The notes below the pieces were generated by a model that was not told the DNA's origin, searched no databases, and saw only the letters and a program-made list of their open reading frames with translations. The translations under genes and the position numbers were made by a program. A stretch of DNA of 64,000 nt from an uncultured Methanosarcinales archaeon (lineage in GTDB: Archaea > Nanobdellota > Nanobdellia > Woesearchaeales > GW2011-AR9), in the NCBI GenBank assembly GCA_964344285.1, contig CAYFMM010000004.1:43347-107346 (forward strand). Direction: 5' to 3'. Below, in pieces: positions 18,636 through 28,814 of this stretch. Position 1 is the first letter of the stretch; each line of letters begins with the position of its first letter.

Positions 18636-21274
18636 AATTTCAACACCTTTTCATTTTTGTAGTACTCGTTGCGTTACTGACAAGCACGGTTGATGCAAGA
18701 GTTCTTTTAAACAGTGGAGATCCGACATGGTCAGATGGGTCTACAGACTTAACAATTGATATAACACAATCTGCTACAGTTAATGTAAATGATATCTCTA
18801 CAACATTTCCTAATGCAAATGATGTTGCCTTTACTGTGGAATTATACGAGCTTGATGCCAATGGGAATCTAATTCCGGTTGTCTTAATGCCTCGGCCTTT
18901 AAACCAAGAAATTGTTCCCGTTCCACAAGGGAGTTATTTAGATTATTCTTTTGATATCGATCCCGTTCACTTTGGAAATCAAGCAGGAGATTACAGAGTA
19001 GACATCCAAATTGAAGAAGGAAGGCCTGACCAAAATATTCAATCACAAGATGCAGTAGCACAGCTAACCTTACGTGTTACAGACACTCCTGTAAACCAGC
19101 CTCCAGTAATCACACACGTATGGCAACTTGGGCAACAACCGACAACAACATATGATGTTGTGGAGGGAGAAACTTTAGAATTTTATGTGGCATTTTCTGA
19201 TCCAGAAAATGATCCTTTAACTTTTACAGGAACTGGACTTCCAAGTGGAGTAACAATTAACAACGTACCTAATCCTTTGGTACGTCTGATTGAGTGGACT
19301 CCTACTACATCACAAATTGGAACTCATCAATTAGATTTTATGGTAAGTGATGGTAATGGGAATTTTGACTCTGAAATCGTTACAGTAAATGTACAACAAA
19401 ATACAGTTCCAACAATCACTGTACCTCAAGGAATTATTTTTGTCTCAGAAGGAGAAACATACACCACACAATTAAATCCGATGGATGGGAATGCAGGACA
19501 AACTCTACATGTACAGGGAAGACAACCGGGAAGATTCCCCGGTCTAACTTTAGTACGTAATGCATTTCTTGGAAGATTTGGTCTAAACCCAACTATTCAA
19601 ACTCTCCCAAGTGGAGCAACCCTAGATGCAACAACTGGACAATTTAGTTGGACAATTCCTTATACTAAAGTAATTCATCCTAACTTAAACAGGCCTGAAG
19701 CAATTCAATTTAGAGTTTGTGACTCATTAAACGTATGCTCAGCGTGGCAAGAAGCAAGTTTTAACATTGCAGATACAAATAGAAACGTAGCAATCACATC
19801 AACTGCTCCAACACAAGCAACTGAGCTACAACAATATACTTATCAAATGGTTGCACAAGATCCAGATACTGAAGACGTATTATCATACACAATTCAAGCA
19901 CCTGTTCCAAATGGAATGGTAATTAATGCAAATGGTCTTTTAACTTGGACGCCTGCAATCGATGCAGTTGAAACATCTCCTATAATTGGACAACCGGGTG
20001 TATACCCAGTAACTGTTATTGTGGAAGATGGCTTTGGTAGCTCTCGTCAAGAATCATGGGACATTACCGTGCAAGATTTAGGTAATCAGAATATTGCGCC
20101 AAACTTTACACTAAATTCTGTGACAGTAACAGAAGGCCAAACAGCAATATTAGTTCCACAAAATGTTGTAGATGTTAATGGAGATACAGTAACATTCTCA
20201 CTAGGTACAACAAATCTACCGGCCACTGCTGTAACTACATTTGATTCTGTAACCGGACGATTAACATGGGGAAACACAGTAGTTGGAACATACAATGTAG
20301 AAATCATTGGGGATGATGGTAATGGTGGAGTCACACCAGTAACTACAACAATTACAGTAAACCCTATTCAAGGTGGAAACAGTGCACCTGTAATCACATT
20401 TAATCCTGTAAACACTAACATTAACGTTGTAGCAGGAACATCAGTTGAATTTGATGTAATGGTAGCAGATAGAGACTTTGATGTAGTTAATCTACGTTTA
20501 TCTAGTATCACGCCTTTACCTGCAGGAGCAGTATTCCAAGAACCAACTCCGCGAGTAGGGTTTGTGCAAAGCAGATTTAGCTGGACACCTACAGCAACAG
20601 ATGTTTCTACCTCTCCAAGAGAATTTTTGTTCCTTTCAACAGATGGACAAACAGCTACTCAAGCAAGAGTATTTGTGACAGTAACACCGTCACCTAACCA
20701 ACCGCCTGTTATTACAACAGTTCCAGTAACTACTGGGAGAGTTGGGCTAGACTACGAATACAATGTGGATGCATTTGATCCAGAAGGAGATGTACTGCGC
20801 TACAGTCTACAATTAGCAGCAGATACAACTATGGAAATTAACCAACAAGGTGTAATCTCATGGACGCCTGATGCAGTTGGTTCCTATCCGGTTGTTGTAG
20901 CGGTTACAGATGGTATTAACACAGTAACGCAAGCATACACAATCGTTGTAGCACAAGGAAGAAGATCCTTAGAAATTGCCTCAGCAAAAATCTTGCCAGA
21001 AGTAGTTTCTCCTGGAGATTACGTTTCTATCAACGTTCGTGTAGATAATGAAGGTGGCGTAGATGTAAAAGACTTACAAGTTAAAGCTACTTGGTATGAA
21101 TACGGCCTAAGAAGAACCAGTGGCGAATTCGACCTTGACCATGGTGATGAGAAAACTGAAAACTTTGGTTTTCTTGTTCCATACGAAACACAACCGGGCA
21201 TTTACGACCTAAAGATTTGGGTTGGAAATGACTACTTCCACGACACAGCGTACCGTCAAGTGGTAGTGCGATAG
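18632..21274 (+). CDS. secreted protein with repeated Ig-like/cadherin-like domains
   Basis: Signal peptide MKFQHLFIFVVLVALLTSTVDA. Repeated about 100-aa modules are marked by 'NQPPVITHV', 'SAPVITFNPV' and 'NQPPVITTVPV' and by D/N-rich loops. ATGA start/stop overlap with the upstream gene. Confidence 0.6.
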   Translation: MKFQHLFIFVVLVALLTSTVDARVLLNSGDPTWSDGSTDLTIDITQSATVNVNDISTTFPNANDVAFTVELYELDANGNLIPVVLMPRPLNQEIVPVPQGSYLDYSFDIDPVHFGNQAGDYRVDIQIEEGRPDQNIQSQDAVAQLTLRVTDTPVNQPPVITHVWQLGQQPTTTYDVVEGETLEFYVAFSDPENDPLTFTGTGLPSGVTINNVPNPLVRLIEWTPTTSQIGTHQLDFMVSDGNGNFDSEIVTVNVQQNTVPTITVPQGIIFVSEGETYTTQLNPMDGNAGQTLHVQGRQPGRFPGLTLVRNAFLGRFGLNPTIQTLPSGATLDATTGQFSWTIPYTKVIHPNLNRPEAIQFRVCDSLNVCSAWQEASFNIADTNRNVAITSTAPTQATELQQYTYQMVAQDPDTEDVLSYTIQAPVPNGMVINANGLLTWTPAIDAVETSPIIGQPGVYPVTVIVEDGFGSSRQESWDITVQDLGNQNIAPNFTLNSVTVTEGQTAILVPQNVVDVNGDTVTFSLGTTNLPATAVTTFDSVTGRLTWGNTVVGTYNVEIIGDDGNGGVTPVTTTITVNPIQGGNSAPVITFNPVNTNINVVAGTSVEFDVMVADRDFDVVNLRLSSITPLPAGAVFQEPTPRVGFVQSRFSWTPTATDVSTSPREFLFLSTDGQTATQARVFVTVTPSPNQPPVITTVPVTTGRVGLDYEYNVDAFDPEGDVLRYSLQLAADTTMEINQQGVISWTPDAVGSYPVVVAVTDGINTVTQAYTIVVAQGRRSLEIASAKILPEVVSPGDYVSINVRVDNEGGVDVKDLQVKATWYEYGLRRTSGEFDLDHGDEKTENFGFLVPYETQPGIYDLKIWVGNDYFHDTAYRQVVVR

Positions 21275-21345
21275 GTTCTGTAAAGAACTTTGTTTTTGTT
21301 ATTTTAAAATAGTGCTTGTGTGTAATCACTCAAGAATACTAAAAA

Positions 21346-21355
21346 TAACGAAAGC
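21346..21355 (+). promoter_or_regulatory. candidate TATA box (TTTAAATATA) upstream of the surface-protein gene
   Basis: AT-rich TATA-like element about 90 nt upstream of the 21447 start. The long leader carries a strong SD. Confidence 0.3.
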
Positions 21356-21446
21356 TTTAAATATAAAGGGGGGTTTTGGACGAGTAAATAGAGGAAAACC
21401 TCTATCATACTCAAAAAACGAATCATAAGATTTGGAGGAAGATAAA

Positions 21447-22781
21447 ATGAAAAAACTATTGAGTTTAATGGCTATCTTTGTAATTAGCCTACTAAGTGTA
21501 TCAATGGTAAGTGCACAATATGCACCTGGAGAACTAGACGTTCTTGAAGTAGAAATTAACCATATTGAAGCAACAACCTTGACACAAGCAGATGTAGAAA
21601 CCTTACAAACAGCAAACCAAGACGGTATTGACTTTACTGGTGCAGTTGTTGTTGAAGAAGGTGAAAACTTAGAAATTGAAGTTCTAATTGAATCAAGAAC
21701 TGATGCAAGAGACATTGAAGTTTCCGCAGAATTACGTGGATACGAATACGGTGACTATGAAGACTTAACTGACAGATCACACCTTTTTGACTTAAATGGA
21801 TACGGTGTAAACGGTGCTGCTCAGAAAAAAGTTAGATTAAACATCGATTTACCAAACAGATTAGAAGATGACCGATACTTCTTAAGAATCGACGTTGAAG
21901 ACAGAGCTTCAGCAAGAATCACATATTACGTAGCATTACAAGTAGAACCAACAAGACATGGTATTGAAATCGCAGATGTTGTTTTCTCACCAGGAAACAC
22001 AATTCAAGCTGGTCGTGCCTTACTTACAAGCGTTCTATTAGAAAACTACGGTGACAAAGAACAAGACGACGTAAAAGTGTCTGTTGAAATCCCTGAATTA
22101 GGATTAATCGCAACAGAAGTTGTTGATGAAGTAGAAACAGATAGAGATCCTTCTACTGGAGGAAGCAACGTTGACTACGAAGACGTACCTGAATTATACT
22201 TAGGTATTCCAGCAACTGCACAAGCTGGTGAGTACGCAGTTAAAGTATCCGCAAGATACGATGACTTAAGAGAAGTTGTTACAAAAACCTACACAATTAG
22301 AGTAGCTGACAACCCTCTATACGGTAGCTCATCCGACAAATTAATCTTAGCAGTTGGTCCGGAATCACAAGCAGTAGCAGCTGGTCAAACAGCACGTTAC
22401 GGTGTAGCATTAACAAACGAAGGAAGAACATCCAAAGCATACACAATTAGTGCAGTAACAGGCGACTGGGCAAACGCTCAAGTAGCTGAAAAACTAGTTG
22501 TTTTAGAAGCAGGAAAAAGCAAAGTTGTTGACATCAATGTAGATGTTGCAAACAATGCTGTTGCTGGAACTCATGCAGTTTCAGTTGCTGTAGCTTCTGG
22601 AAACGAAGTACTTCAAACCGTAACACTAAACGCAGACGTTGTAGCAGGTAGCAACAATGTAGACTTACGAAACGGCTTAGAAATTGCTCTAATCGTTTTA
22701 GTAGTTTTACTTGTTATCATCGGCTTAATTGTTGGCTTTAGCAGACTACGAAGAAGCGAAGACGACGAAACATACTATTAA
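21447..22781 (+). CDS. acidic surface (S-layer-like) protein with C-terminal membrane anchor
   Basis: GGAGG lies 8 nt upstream of ATG. Signal peptide, highly acidic (D/E-rich) beta-type domains, C-terminal TM 'LEIALIVLVVLLVIIGLIVGF' and a short RRSEDDETYY tail. A T-rich terminator region follows. Confidence 0.55.
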   Translation: MKKLLSLMAIFVISLLSVSMVSAQYAPGELDVLEVEINHIEATTLTQADVETLQTANQDGIDFTGAVVVEEGENLEIEVLIESRTDARDIEVSAELRGYEYGDYEDLTDRSHLFDLNGYGVNGAAQKKVRLNIDLPNRLEDDRYFLRIDVEDRASARITYYVALQVEPTRHGIEIADVVFSPGNTIQAGRALLTSVLLENYGDKEQDDVKVSVEIPELGLIATEVVDEVETDRDPSTGGSNVDYEDVPELYLGIPATAQAGEYAVKVSARYDDLREVVTKTYTIRVADNPLYGSSSDKLILAVGPESQAVAAGQTARYGVALTNEGRTSKAYTISAVTGDWANAQVAEKLVVLEAGKSKVVDINVDVANNAVAGTHAVSVAVASGNEVLQTVTLNADVVAGSNNVDLRNGLEIALIVLVVLLVIIGLIVGFSRLRRSEDDETYY

Positions 22782-22876
22782 GGTATGGTTTTATCTTCTT
22801 CCATTTCTTTTTTTTCTTTTCTTTTTTTGGAAGTTTTTCTTTTATATTTCTTAAAACTCTCAGATGGTAGTATATC

Positions 22877-23344
22877 ATGGCAATCAAAAATCAAAAAGAA
22901 ACTAGGGAAACATTTAATTCTTCTGAGCTTGAACACCTTCTTAAGGCTGTAATCTCAAAAGATAGGGGAGGTAAAATAATTCACTTTTACGATGTAACCT
23001 ATTCTCTTGAAAATTTTGAAACTGGTTATGGAAGCTTACAGTACTGCCCTAACTCTTCTCTGTTAAAAATATATGAATTTTTTCCTAAGAGAAATTTGCC
23101 ACATATGAAAAGTGGCAATGGATTTGGCACACTCGCACATGTTAAAACTCTACAAGCATTCTTTTCAAAAGTAGAACCTTCCCCTTTACTAAAACTGGTG
23201 GTGATAGGTCCTTCTAAAGAATATCAGCCTATGCTTGAAAAAAGTGGTTATTATGACCGTGTTCCTCTACAAGATCACTTACAACAAGCAGTAAACTACG
23301 CCAACAACCGTTTTGGATTCACTCTTAAAAGTCCATTTGCATAA
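22877..23344 (+). CDS. hypothetical protein
   Basis: 155-aa ORF with no recognisable motif. Confidence 0.4.
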   Translation: MAIKNQKETRETFNSSELEHLLKAVISKDRGGKIIHFYDVTYSLENFETGYGSLQYCPNSSLLKIYEFFPKRNLPHMKSGNGFGTLAHVKTLQAFFSKVEPSPLLKLVVIGPSKEYQPMLEKSGYYDRVPLQDHLQQAVNYANNRFGFTLKSPFA

Positions 23345-23389
23345 TTTATAGACAAACTATTTTTATAAAACAAATACTTTATTACAAAA

Positions 23390-23710
23390 ATGGTACACAA
23401 CTATCTAGCTAAACCTCAAGACTCAAGAAAGGACTTACCTCACCAATTGAGTGTAAGCCCTACTGCATTACCCAAAAAAGATTACAAAGCATTAGAAAAA
23501 ACTGTATTAGAAGCAGGAAATGCAATTATGACTGGAGCTCACTCTTACACAGGAAATAAATCAGCAATGGTCTACGTTCTCCCTACTAATGGAAAAGGCC
23601 ACCTCTCAGCAAAAGAATTACAGCAAATAGGATCAAAGCTTGCAAAAGAGTTTCCCTGCTATGCTCCATTTATGGTCTTAGATGGTCGCTCTGAAATAGG
23701 TCAGTTCTAA
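23390..23710 (+). CDS. hypothetical protein
   Basis: 106-aa ORF with no recognisable motif. Confidence 0.4.
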   Translation: MVHNYLAKPQDSRKDLPHQLSVSPTALPKKDYKALEKTVLEAGNAIMTGAHSYTGNKSAMVYVLPTNGKGHLSAKELQQIGSKLAKEFPCYAPFMVLDGRSEIGQF

Positions 23711-23761
23711 CTTTTTTCTTGTTTAACAACTTTTTTAAACTCACTCTAGCGACTCTAAACT

Positions 23762-24910
23762 ATGGATTCTAGTACACAATCTACAACAAAACCCCTTACT
23801 ATTGCGGTTATCGGAGCAGGCCCAATTGGGTGTTACACTGCGTACTTATTTGCACAGCAAGGGCATACAGTAGAAGTATTTGAAAACCATCCGCGAGTAG
23901 GTGCACCAATCCAATGTACAGGTATTTTAACAGCAGAATTTGATAAATTAAATATTCCTAAAGACTCATTTCTTGTTAACACAATTACGGACATTGAAGT
24001 GTTCTCACCATATAATAAAACACATGTTACACAAAAAGACTACATTGTATGCAGAGACAAATTTGACAACTATTTTGCAGATCTTGCAAAAGGAAAAGGA
24101 GTAACAATCCATACTTCTCACTCTTTTACAAAACTCAAACAAACTGCACAAGAACTATCAACCACAGACAAACCAACTCTGATCATCAAAGACACAAAAA
24201 ACAATCAAGAAAAATCCATCACGCCAGATATTGTAATTGCTGCAGACGGTCCACTTTCACCAACTGCTAAAGCCTATGAATTTTATTACAAAAAACGTGA
24301 AAATTACTACGGCGTACAAGCAACTGTTCATGGAAAATTTGATCCAAACACTATTTTAACCTACTTTGGAAACGATGTCTGTCCAGGTCTTTTTGCATGG
24401 GTAACGCCAGAATCAAATACAACTGCTAGAATTGGACTTGCCACCAAAAAAGATGCAAGAAAATACTTTGATAAATTCATGCAACAACATAATTTTACTG
24501 CAAGCCAGATGCAAGCAGGCACAATTCCTGTATATCATCCTAAACAAAAATTACAATACAAAAACTGTTATCTAGTTGGTGATGCATCAGGATATGTAAA
24601 AGCAACAACGCTTGGCGGACTTGTCCCAGCTCTACAACAAGCACAAATTTTAGTAGATTCAATTCTCAATGATAAAAACTACAAAACACAACTCAAACCA
24701 ATTACAAGACAAATGAAACTTCATCGAAAAATCCATCTTACTTTTAATAAGTTCTCTGACAAAGATTGGGATAAACTTGTTTCCTATGTTAATAAACCAA
24801 AAGTAAGAACTGTCTTTGAGACTTACACACGTGATAACCCAATTCCTTTAGTCACACACGCTTTATTTGCAGAACCAAGATTTTTAGGTTTTTTGAAATA
24901 TGTGTTTTAG
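23762..24910 (+). CDS. geranylgeranyl reductase family FAD-dependent oxidoreductase (archaeal lipid saturation)
   Basis: N-terminal FAD fold 'IAVIGAGPIGCYTAYLFAQQGHTVEVFE' and the conserved 'PIQCTGIL'. About 380 aa. Confidence 0.8.
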   Translation: MDSSTQSTTKPLTIAVIGAGPIGCYTAYLFAQQGHTVEVFENHPRVGAPIQCTGILTAEFDKLNIPKDSFLVNTITDIEVFSPYNKTHVTQKDYIVCRDKFDNYFADLAKGKGVTIHTSHSFTKLKQTAQELSTTDKPTLIIKDTKNNQEKSITPDIVIAADGPLSPTAKAYEFYYKKRENYYGVQATVHGKFDPNTILTYFGNDVCPGLFAWVTPESNTTARIGLATKKDARKYFDKFMQQHNFTASQMQAGTIPVYHPKQKLQYKNCYLVGDASGYVKATTLGGLVPALQQAQILVDSILNDKNYKTQLKPITRQMKLHRKIHLTFNKFSDKDWDKLVSYVNKPKVRTVFETYTRDNPIPLVTHALFAEPRFLGFLKYVF

Positions 24911-24913
24911 CTA

Positions 24914-25717
24914 TTATCTTCTTAATTCCACATACTTTTCAAGCACTCGCTTATACTCACGATTCATTCCACCAAGTCTAAAAATTACAACTTCACTTGC
25001 ACCTGCCTTTTTCATTTCCACTAAATCACGTTCCAAATTCTTAGCAGAAAGTATTGGTTCATCTCCTAAAATGCCAACTGCAATTGTGCCAAGGCCTACA
25101 TGAAGACTCTTTCCGTGTTGTATAATCATTTTCTCAATGCTCTTAAGCAAAAAAGGGCGCACGTTCTTGTGCATTGAAGTATAATACATCACAATCTTCC
25201 TATTCCCATATTTCTTAGGATTAAATGAAACTCCTAAAAATGTAAACAACTTTTGAATAAACCAATTGCGCATACCATATTCACTTGTTGCAATCTGGAT
25301 ATTACTTTTTTTACTCTCTTTAAAGAATTTTTTAATCATTCTTTTATTACGCAAAAAATGATCAATTCTCCAAAGTAGCTTTGGATGTCGTAAAGGGAGT
25401 TCAGCATCCCACATTACATTAAACATTTCTTTCTTATTTAACTTGGCTGCACTCTTCTTAATTTCATCAATTACTTGCCGCACGGCCTTTGGGCTGCTAA
25501 ATGGACTAAGCCAATATCCTTGTGAATTCTCCAATACGGGCCAATAGCCAACATCAATTTTTCTCTGCTTAGTAGAATAACCTAAAATCTCTTTTTTAAC
25601 CCTCTCAAACTCTTTGATACCTTTTGCAGCAACATACACCGTTGTAGGGAAATTTACATAGCGTAACTTAGAAAACGCTTTATCATCTGGGAATTCTTCA
25701 AAAAAACTAATCTTCAT
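24914..25717 (-). CDS. hypothetical protein
   Basis: 267-aa basic protein. No confident family. Confidence 0.4.
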   Translation of the reverse strand: MKISFFEEFPDDKAFSKLRYVNFPTTVYVAAKGIKEFERVKKEILGYSTKQRKIDVGYWPVLENSQGYWLSPFSSPKAVRQVIDEIKKSAAKLNKKEMFNVMWDAELPLRHPKLLWRIDHFLRNKRMIKKFFKESKKSNIQIATSEYGMRNWFIQKLFTFLGVSFNPKKYGNRKIVMYYTSMHKNVRPFLLKSIEKMIIQHGKSLHVGLGTIAVGILGDEPILSAKNLERDLVEMKKAGASEVVIFRLGGMNREYKRVLEKYVELRR

Positions 25718-25769
25718 TCAAAAAAAGAAAATAACTTCATTAATAAAATCTGCTTTTTCCTCCAGTATA

Positions 25770-26594
25770 TTAATTTCCAATTACTTTATACCAACTATAA
25801 AGTAACCTATTTGCAGCCTTTATAATCTCTTTGCCCTCTCCAGAAACTTTAATACAAGAACCAGACAACTCGACCTTTGCTTCTCCTTTCCCAACTAATT
25901 CAATTACTGGCATTCCTTGAGTATCTTCACAACTCAAAATCTTACGCTCTTCACATCCTACGGCCTCTTTAACACATGCTCCTTGGGAGTTTCTTCCAAT
26001 TCCCTGACCGACATTAGCACTAATTTCTCCCATTGCTACAACATAATTTCCATCTGCCATGCTTGGATCAATTGCTACATAGACTGTATCTCCTTGATTA
26101 AAAGAACTATTAATACTTCCCATGATTGGTACATCCTCAACTTGTGCAGGATTGTAATGCAAGGGGATTCTTTTCACATTACTCCCTACTTGAATATCTG
26201 TCCACCATAAATTATCTGCGAAAACTGAACTAAATCCGTTGTAAATAATACCTTCTTCCTCAGAAAGCTCGCCTTCATAATTTAGTGCATGTAACGCCTC
26301 AATATCCAATAACTCTGGTTCTACATTGTTATTATTGTATACATAAGATCCGATAAATACTAACGCAAAAATACCTATAATAACTGCGATTATAATCAAT
26401 AAATTTTTACTATCAGCAGATTGTTTATTCTCAGAATTGTCTTTCTTTTCAATAGCAACATCAGATTCTACTTTAGCGTCCTCTTTTTCATCCTGCTTCT
26501 TCTTAGACTGCTTAATCTCTTCAATCTCCTTAATAGAAGGAGCTACTTCCATTTCTTGTACTTCAATCTTTTCTGTGCTCAGATTATCGTCCAT
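25770..26594 (-). CDS. membrane-anchored hypothetical protein (acidic N-term, single TM, Cys-containing C-domain)
   Basis: TM 'LLIIIAVIIGIFALVFIGSYV'. The C-terminal domain has several Cys. Confidence 0.45.
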   Translation of the reverse strand: MDDNLSTEKIEVQEMEVAPSIKEIEEIKQSKKKQDEKEDAKVESDVAIEKKDNSENKQSADSKNLLIIIAVIIGIFALVFIGSYVYNNNNVEPELLDIEALHALNYEGELSEEEGIIYNGFSSVFADNLWWTDIQVGSNVKRIPLHYNPAQVEDVPIMGSINSSFNQGDTVYVAIDPSMADGNYVVAMGEISANVGQGIGRNSQGACVKEAVGCEERKILSCEDTQGMPVIELVGKGEAKVELSGSCIKVSGEGKEIIKAANRLLYSWYKVIGN

Positions 26595-26665
26595 TTGAAC
26601 TTAGCAAGTAAATCAATTTAAAAGCTTTATGGAGAACTAGGCTCTGTCCAGAAAGGAGGGTTTTT

Positions 26666-26881
26666 GTATACTAGCGCCCTGACGCATAAAAACCAACAAC
26701 GATTGGTTTTTGGCGCAAGAATAAAGTCTTCTGCTTTATTCTTTGCGTAGTCGAGGCGCATGATGCACTAATTGACGATAAGATAAATATGCATCATCCA
26801 CAATAAAGACAAAGTGCTTTATTGGGATCCAAACAAAGTAGTTTCTTTGTTCTGGATGATGGGCGCCGTGCCCTAGTATAC
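26666..26881 (+). ncRNA. candidate structured RNA element, copy B of the two-copy family
   Basis: Terminal helix GUAUACUAG/CUAGUAUAC. Hairpin AAAAACC-[AACAACGAUU]-GGUUUUU. Shares motifs CGCCCUGACG, GCGUAGUCGAGG, CACUAAUU, GCGCCGU and CCGUGCC with copy A. Carries a roughly 85-nt insertion relative to A. The T-tract UUUUU comes 2 nt after the 3' helix. Confidence 0.4.
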
Positions 26882-27001
26882 ATTTTTACTCCTTTCCGGA
26901 TGAAGCCGGAGAATTAAGATGATTGTAATAAAGAAATTTGGTCACATCTCTCTTTTTTTTGGTCATAACCTTTAAATAAGGATATTTGTCTTAAAGTAAG
27001 G

Positions 27002-27505
27002 ATGGAACCAGATTACAAGAGCTTAGGTCAATGTCTTTACCAATTGGCTGAGGCTAAAAGAATTACTTCTCCCGGTGCAACTCTAGATATGCTAAAAGAA
27101 ATGATCCCTGGGATGAATGATCCTTCAGATCTTGCTTTCAACCATTTTGGCATGCTTGAAACCATGGCTACTGAATTCACGCAAAGTCTGCCAGACCTCA
27201 CATCTCCTATTCTTGTTACATCTTTAAACAAATCAGGAAAAATCTATGCACCTAATGCGACTCCTCTTCTAGGTGATGTAACTTCTCAGATCGCAGAAGG
27301 TTATTTTCAAGGAAGGGATATATCGGCCCAACAAGCTCAACTAAGGGATTTAGAACAAGCATATCTAAAACAAACTTTGCCTAGATCAGAGCAACCATTA
27401 AACGAGCTAAATGGTTGTTTGTTAGAATTAATGGGACAAGGAAAAAACCCTGATGGCTTGATACAAAGAATAGACCAACGTTGCCTATTGTACTTGTCTA
27501 ATTAG
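27002..27505 (+). CDS. hypothetical protein
   Basis: 167-aa ORF, no family. Confidence 0.4.
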   Translation: MEPDYKSLGQCLYQLAEAKRITSPGATLDMLKEMIPGMNDPSDLAFNHFGMLETMATEFTQSLPDLTSPILVTSLNKSGKIYAPNATPLLGDVTSQIAEGYFQGRDISAQQAQLRDLEQAYLKQTLPRSEQPLNELNGCLLELMGQGKNPDGLIQRIDQRCLLYLSN

Positions 27506-28343
27506 CTTTCTCCAACAACTTCTTTACAGGCTCTAGATTTTGCTCCCGCAGTGAATCTTCGCCTTTCCCGCCAACATGATCTGTAATAACTGCTGTTTTA
27601 TGCTTTTGCAATTCTTGCTTTACTTCATTGCTACACACGTCCAGGGCAATCCCTCTAAATCTATCTGCATGGTGCAACAATGCTTTTTCTTCAACAACTT
27701 CTTCTCTTGACGCATTAACAAAAAACACATTATCTTTCATAAAGCTAAATGCCTTTTCATTAATCAACTCTTTAGTATACTTATTAAGAGGAACATGGAT
27801 GCTTACAACATCTGCTTGCTGCAGTACTTCTTCAAAAGACTTCATCTCAACTTTTAACTCCTCAAGAACTTCTGGCTTTTGCTCAATAACATCAAAAGCA
27901 ACAACCTTAGCATCAAAACCAAGTAACTTTTTTGCCACCATTTTTCCAATCATACCAAAACCAATAATTCCTACTGTTTTTCCTTTGATTTCAGCTGGAG
28001 GACTAGATTCTTTCATTACTGCAAGCATCAAATATAATGTATGCTCTGCTGCACTATTTGCGTTTAAGCCTGGCATATGAATTAATTCAATATCTTTTGT
28101 TTTTAATTCTTCCACATCAATATTGTCAATTCCAGTACTACAACTTACAACATATTTTAATCCAGACAACTTATCTAAATCTACCTTGCGTAAGGGAGTA
28201 AATGTCCGTAGCACAATAGCTTCAAATTCAGCTAGGCTCTTAGAACTCGCAAACTCTTCATTTGTCATTTGTGTGACTGTTGAATTTTCCTCTAACAATT
28301 TTTGTGCATCAGGATGTAAATTTCCAATAAGTAAAACTTTCAT
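27498..28343 (-). CDS. D-isomer-specific 2-hydroxyacid dehydrogenase family protein (PGDH-like)
   Basis: NAD-binding 'GKTVGIIGFGMIGKMVAKKLLGFDAKVVAFD' and catalytic-domain arrangement. 281 aa (short form). Confidence 0.75.
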   Translation of the reverse strand: MKVLLIGNLHPDAQKLLEENSTVTQMTNEEFASSKSLAEFEAIVLRTFTPLRKVDLDKLSGLKYVVSCSTGIDNIDVEELKTKDIELIHMPGLNANSAAEHTLYLMLAVMKESSPPAEIKGKTVGIIGFGMIGKMVAKKLLGFDAKVVAFDVIEQKPEVLEELKVEMKSFEEVLQQADVVSIHVPLNKYTKELINEKAFSFMKDNVFFVNASREEVVEEKALLHHADRFRGIALDVCSNEVKQELQKHKTAVITDHVGGKGEDSLREQNLEPVKKLLEKAN

Positions 28344-28401
28344 GTAATTTTAATCAAGATTATCGTTTATAAAAGTAATGAAATAAACAGTTAGATTAAG
28401 A

Positions 28402-28773
28402 TTATTCTTGGTTAGATACGTATTTAGTAAATTCTTTTGGAGGCATAACTTTAGATATCATTGCCCTAACAGCAAGCTCATCAACAAGTTCAGAACTAAT
28501 AATCTCTTTTCCTTTAGCATACGCATACGTTACTTCAACTGTTACAGAATTACCAACATATCCTTGCTTTGCATAAACATAAAGCACATCAATTTCATCA
28601 ATTTCAGGAAAATGCTTAAGTGTAGTCTCAATTTTCTTCTCATCAGACATGCCCTCATCTAAAAGGTGAAAATAAGGGTAATTGCCTTTAACACCTAATT
28701 TATCAAGCTCTTTTTTAATCAATTTAATATCATCATAGTACTTTCTAGAACTTGCAACAAAAACCGATTTCAT
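28402..28773 (-). CDS. nucleoside 2-deoxyribosyltransferase-like (flavodoxin-fold) protein
   Basis: 'MKSVFVASSRKYY...' N-terminus and overall pattern resemble the Nuc_deoxyrib_tr-like superfamily. The assignment is weak. Confidence 0.35.
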   Translation of the reverse strand: MKSVFVASSRKYYDDIKLIKKELDKLGVKGNYPYFHLLDEGMSDEKKIETTLKHFPEIDEIDVLYVYAKQGYVGNSVTVEVTYAYAKGKEIISSELVDELAVRAMISKVMPPKEFTKYVSNQE

Positions 28774-28814
28774 ATTTTTCTTAAGCTAAACCTCTTTTAT
28801 AAAAGTAGTGGAAA

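Noticed and set aside
4310-26881. Interpretation of elements A and B as direct-repeat att sites bounding a 22-kb integrated island
   Set aside because: The two copies differ by compensatory changes inside helices rather than sharing an identical core. The enclosed genes (liv, rtcA, ribA, GGR) are core-type. No integrase or recombinase is present.
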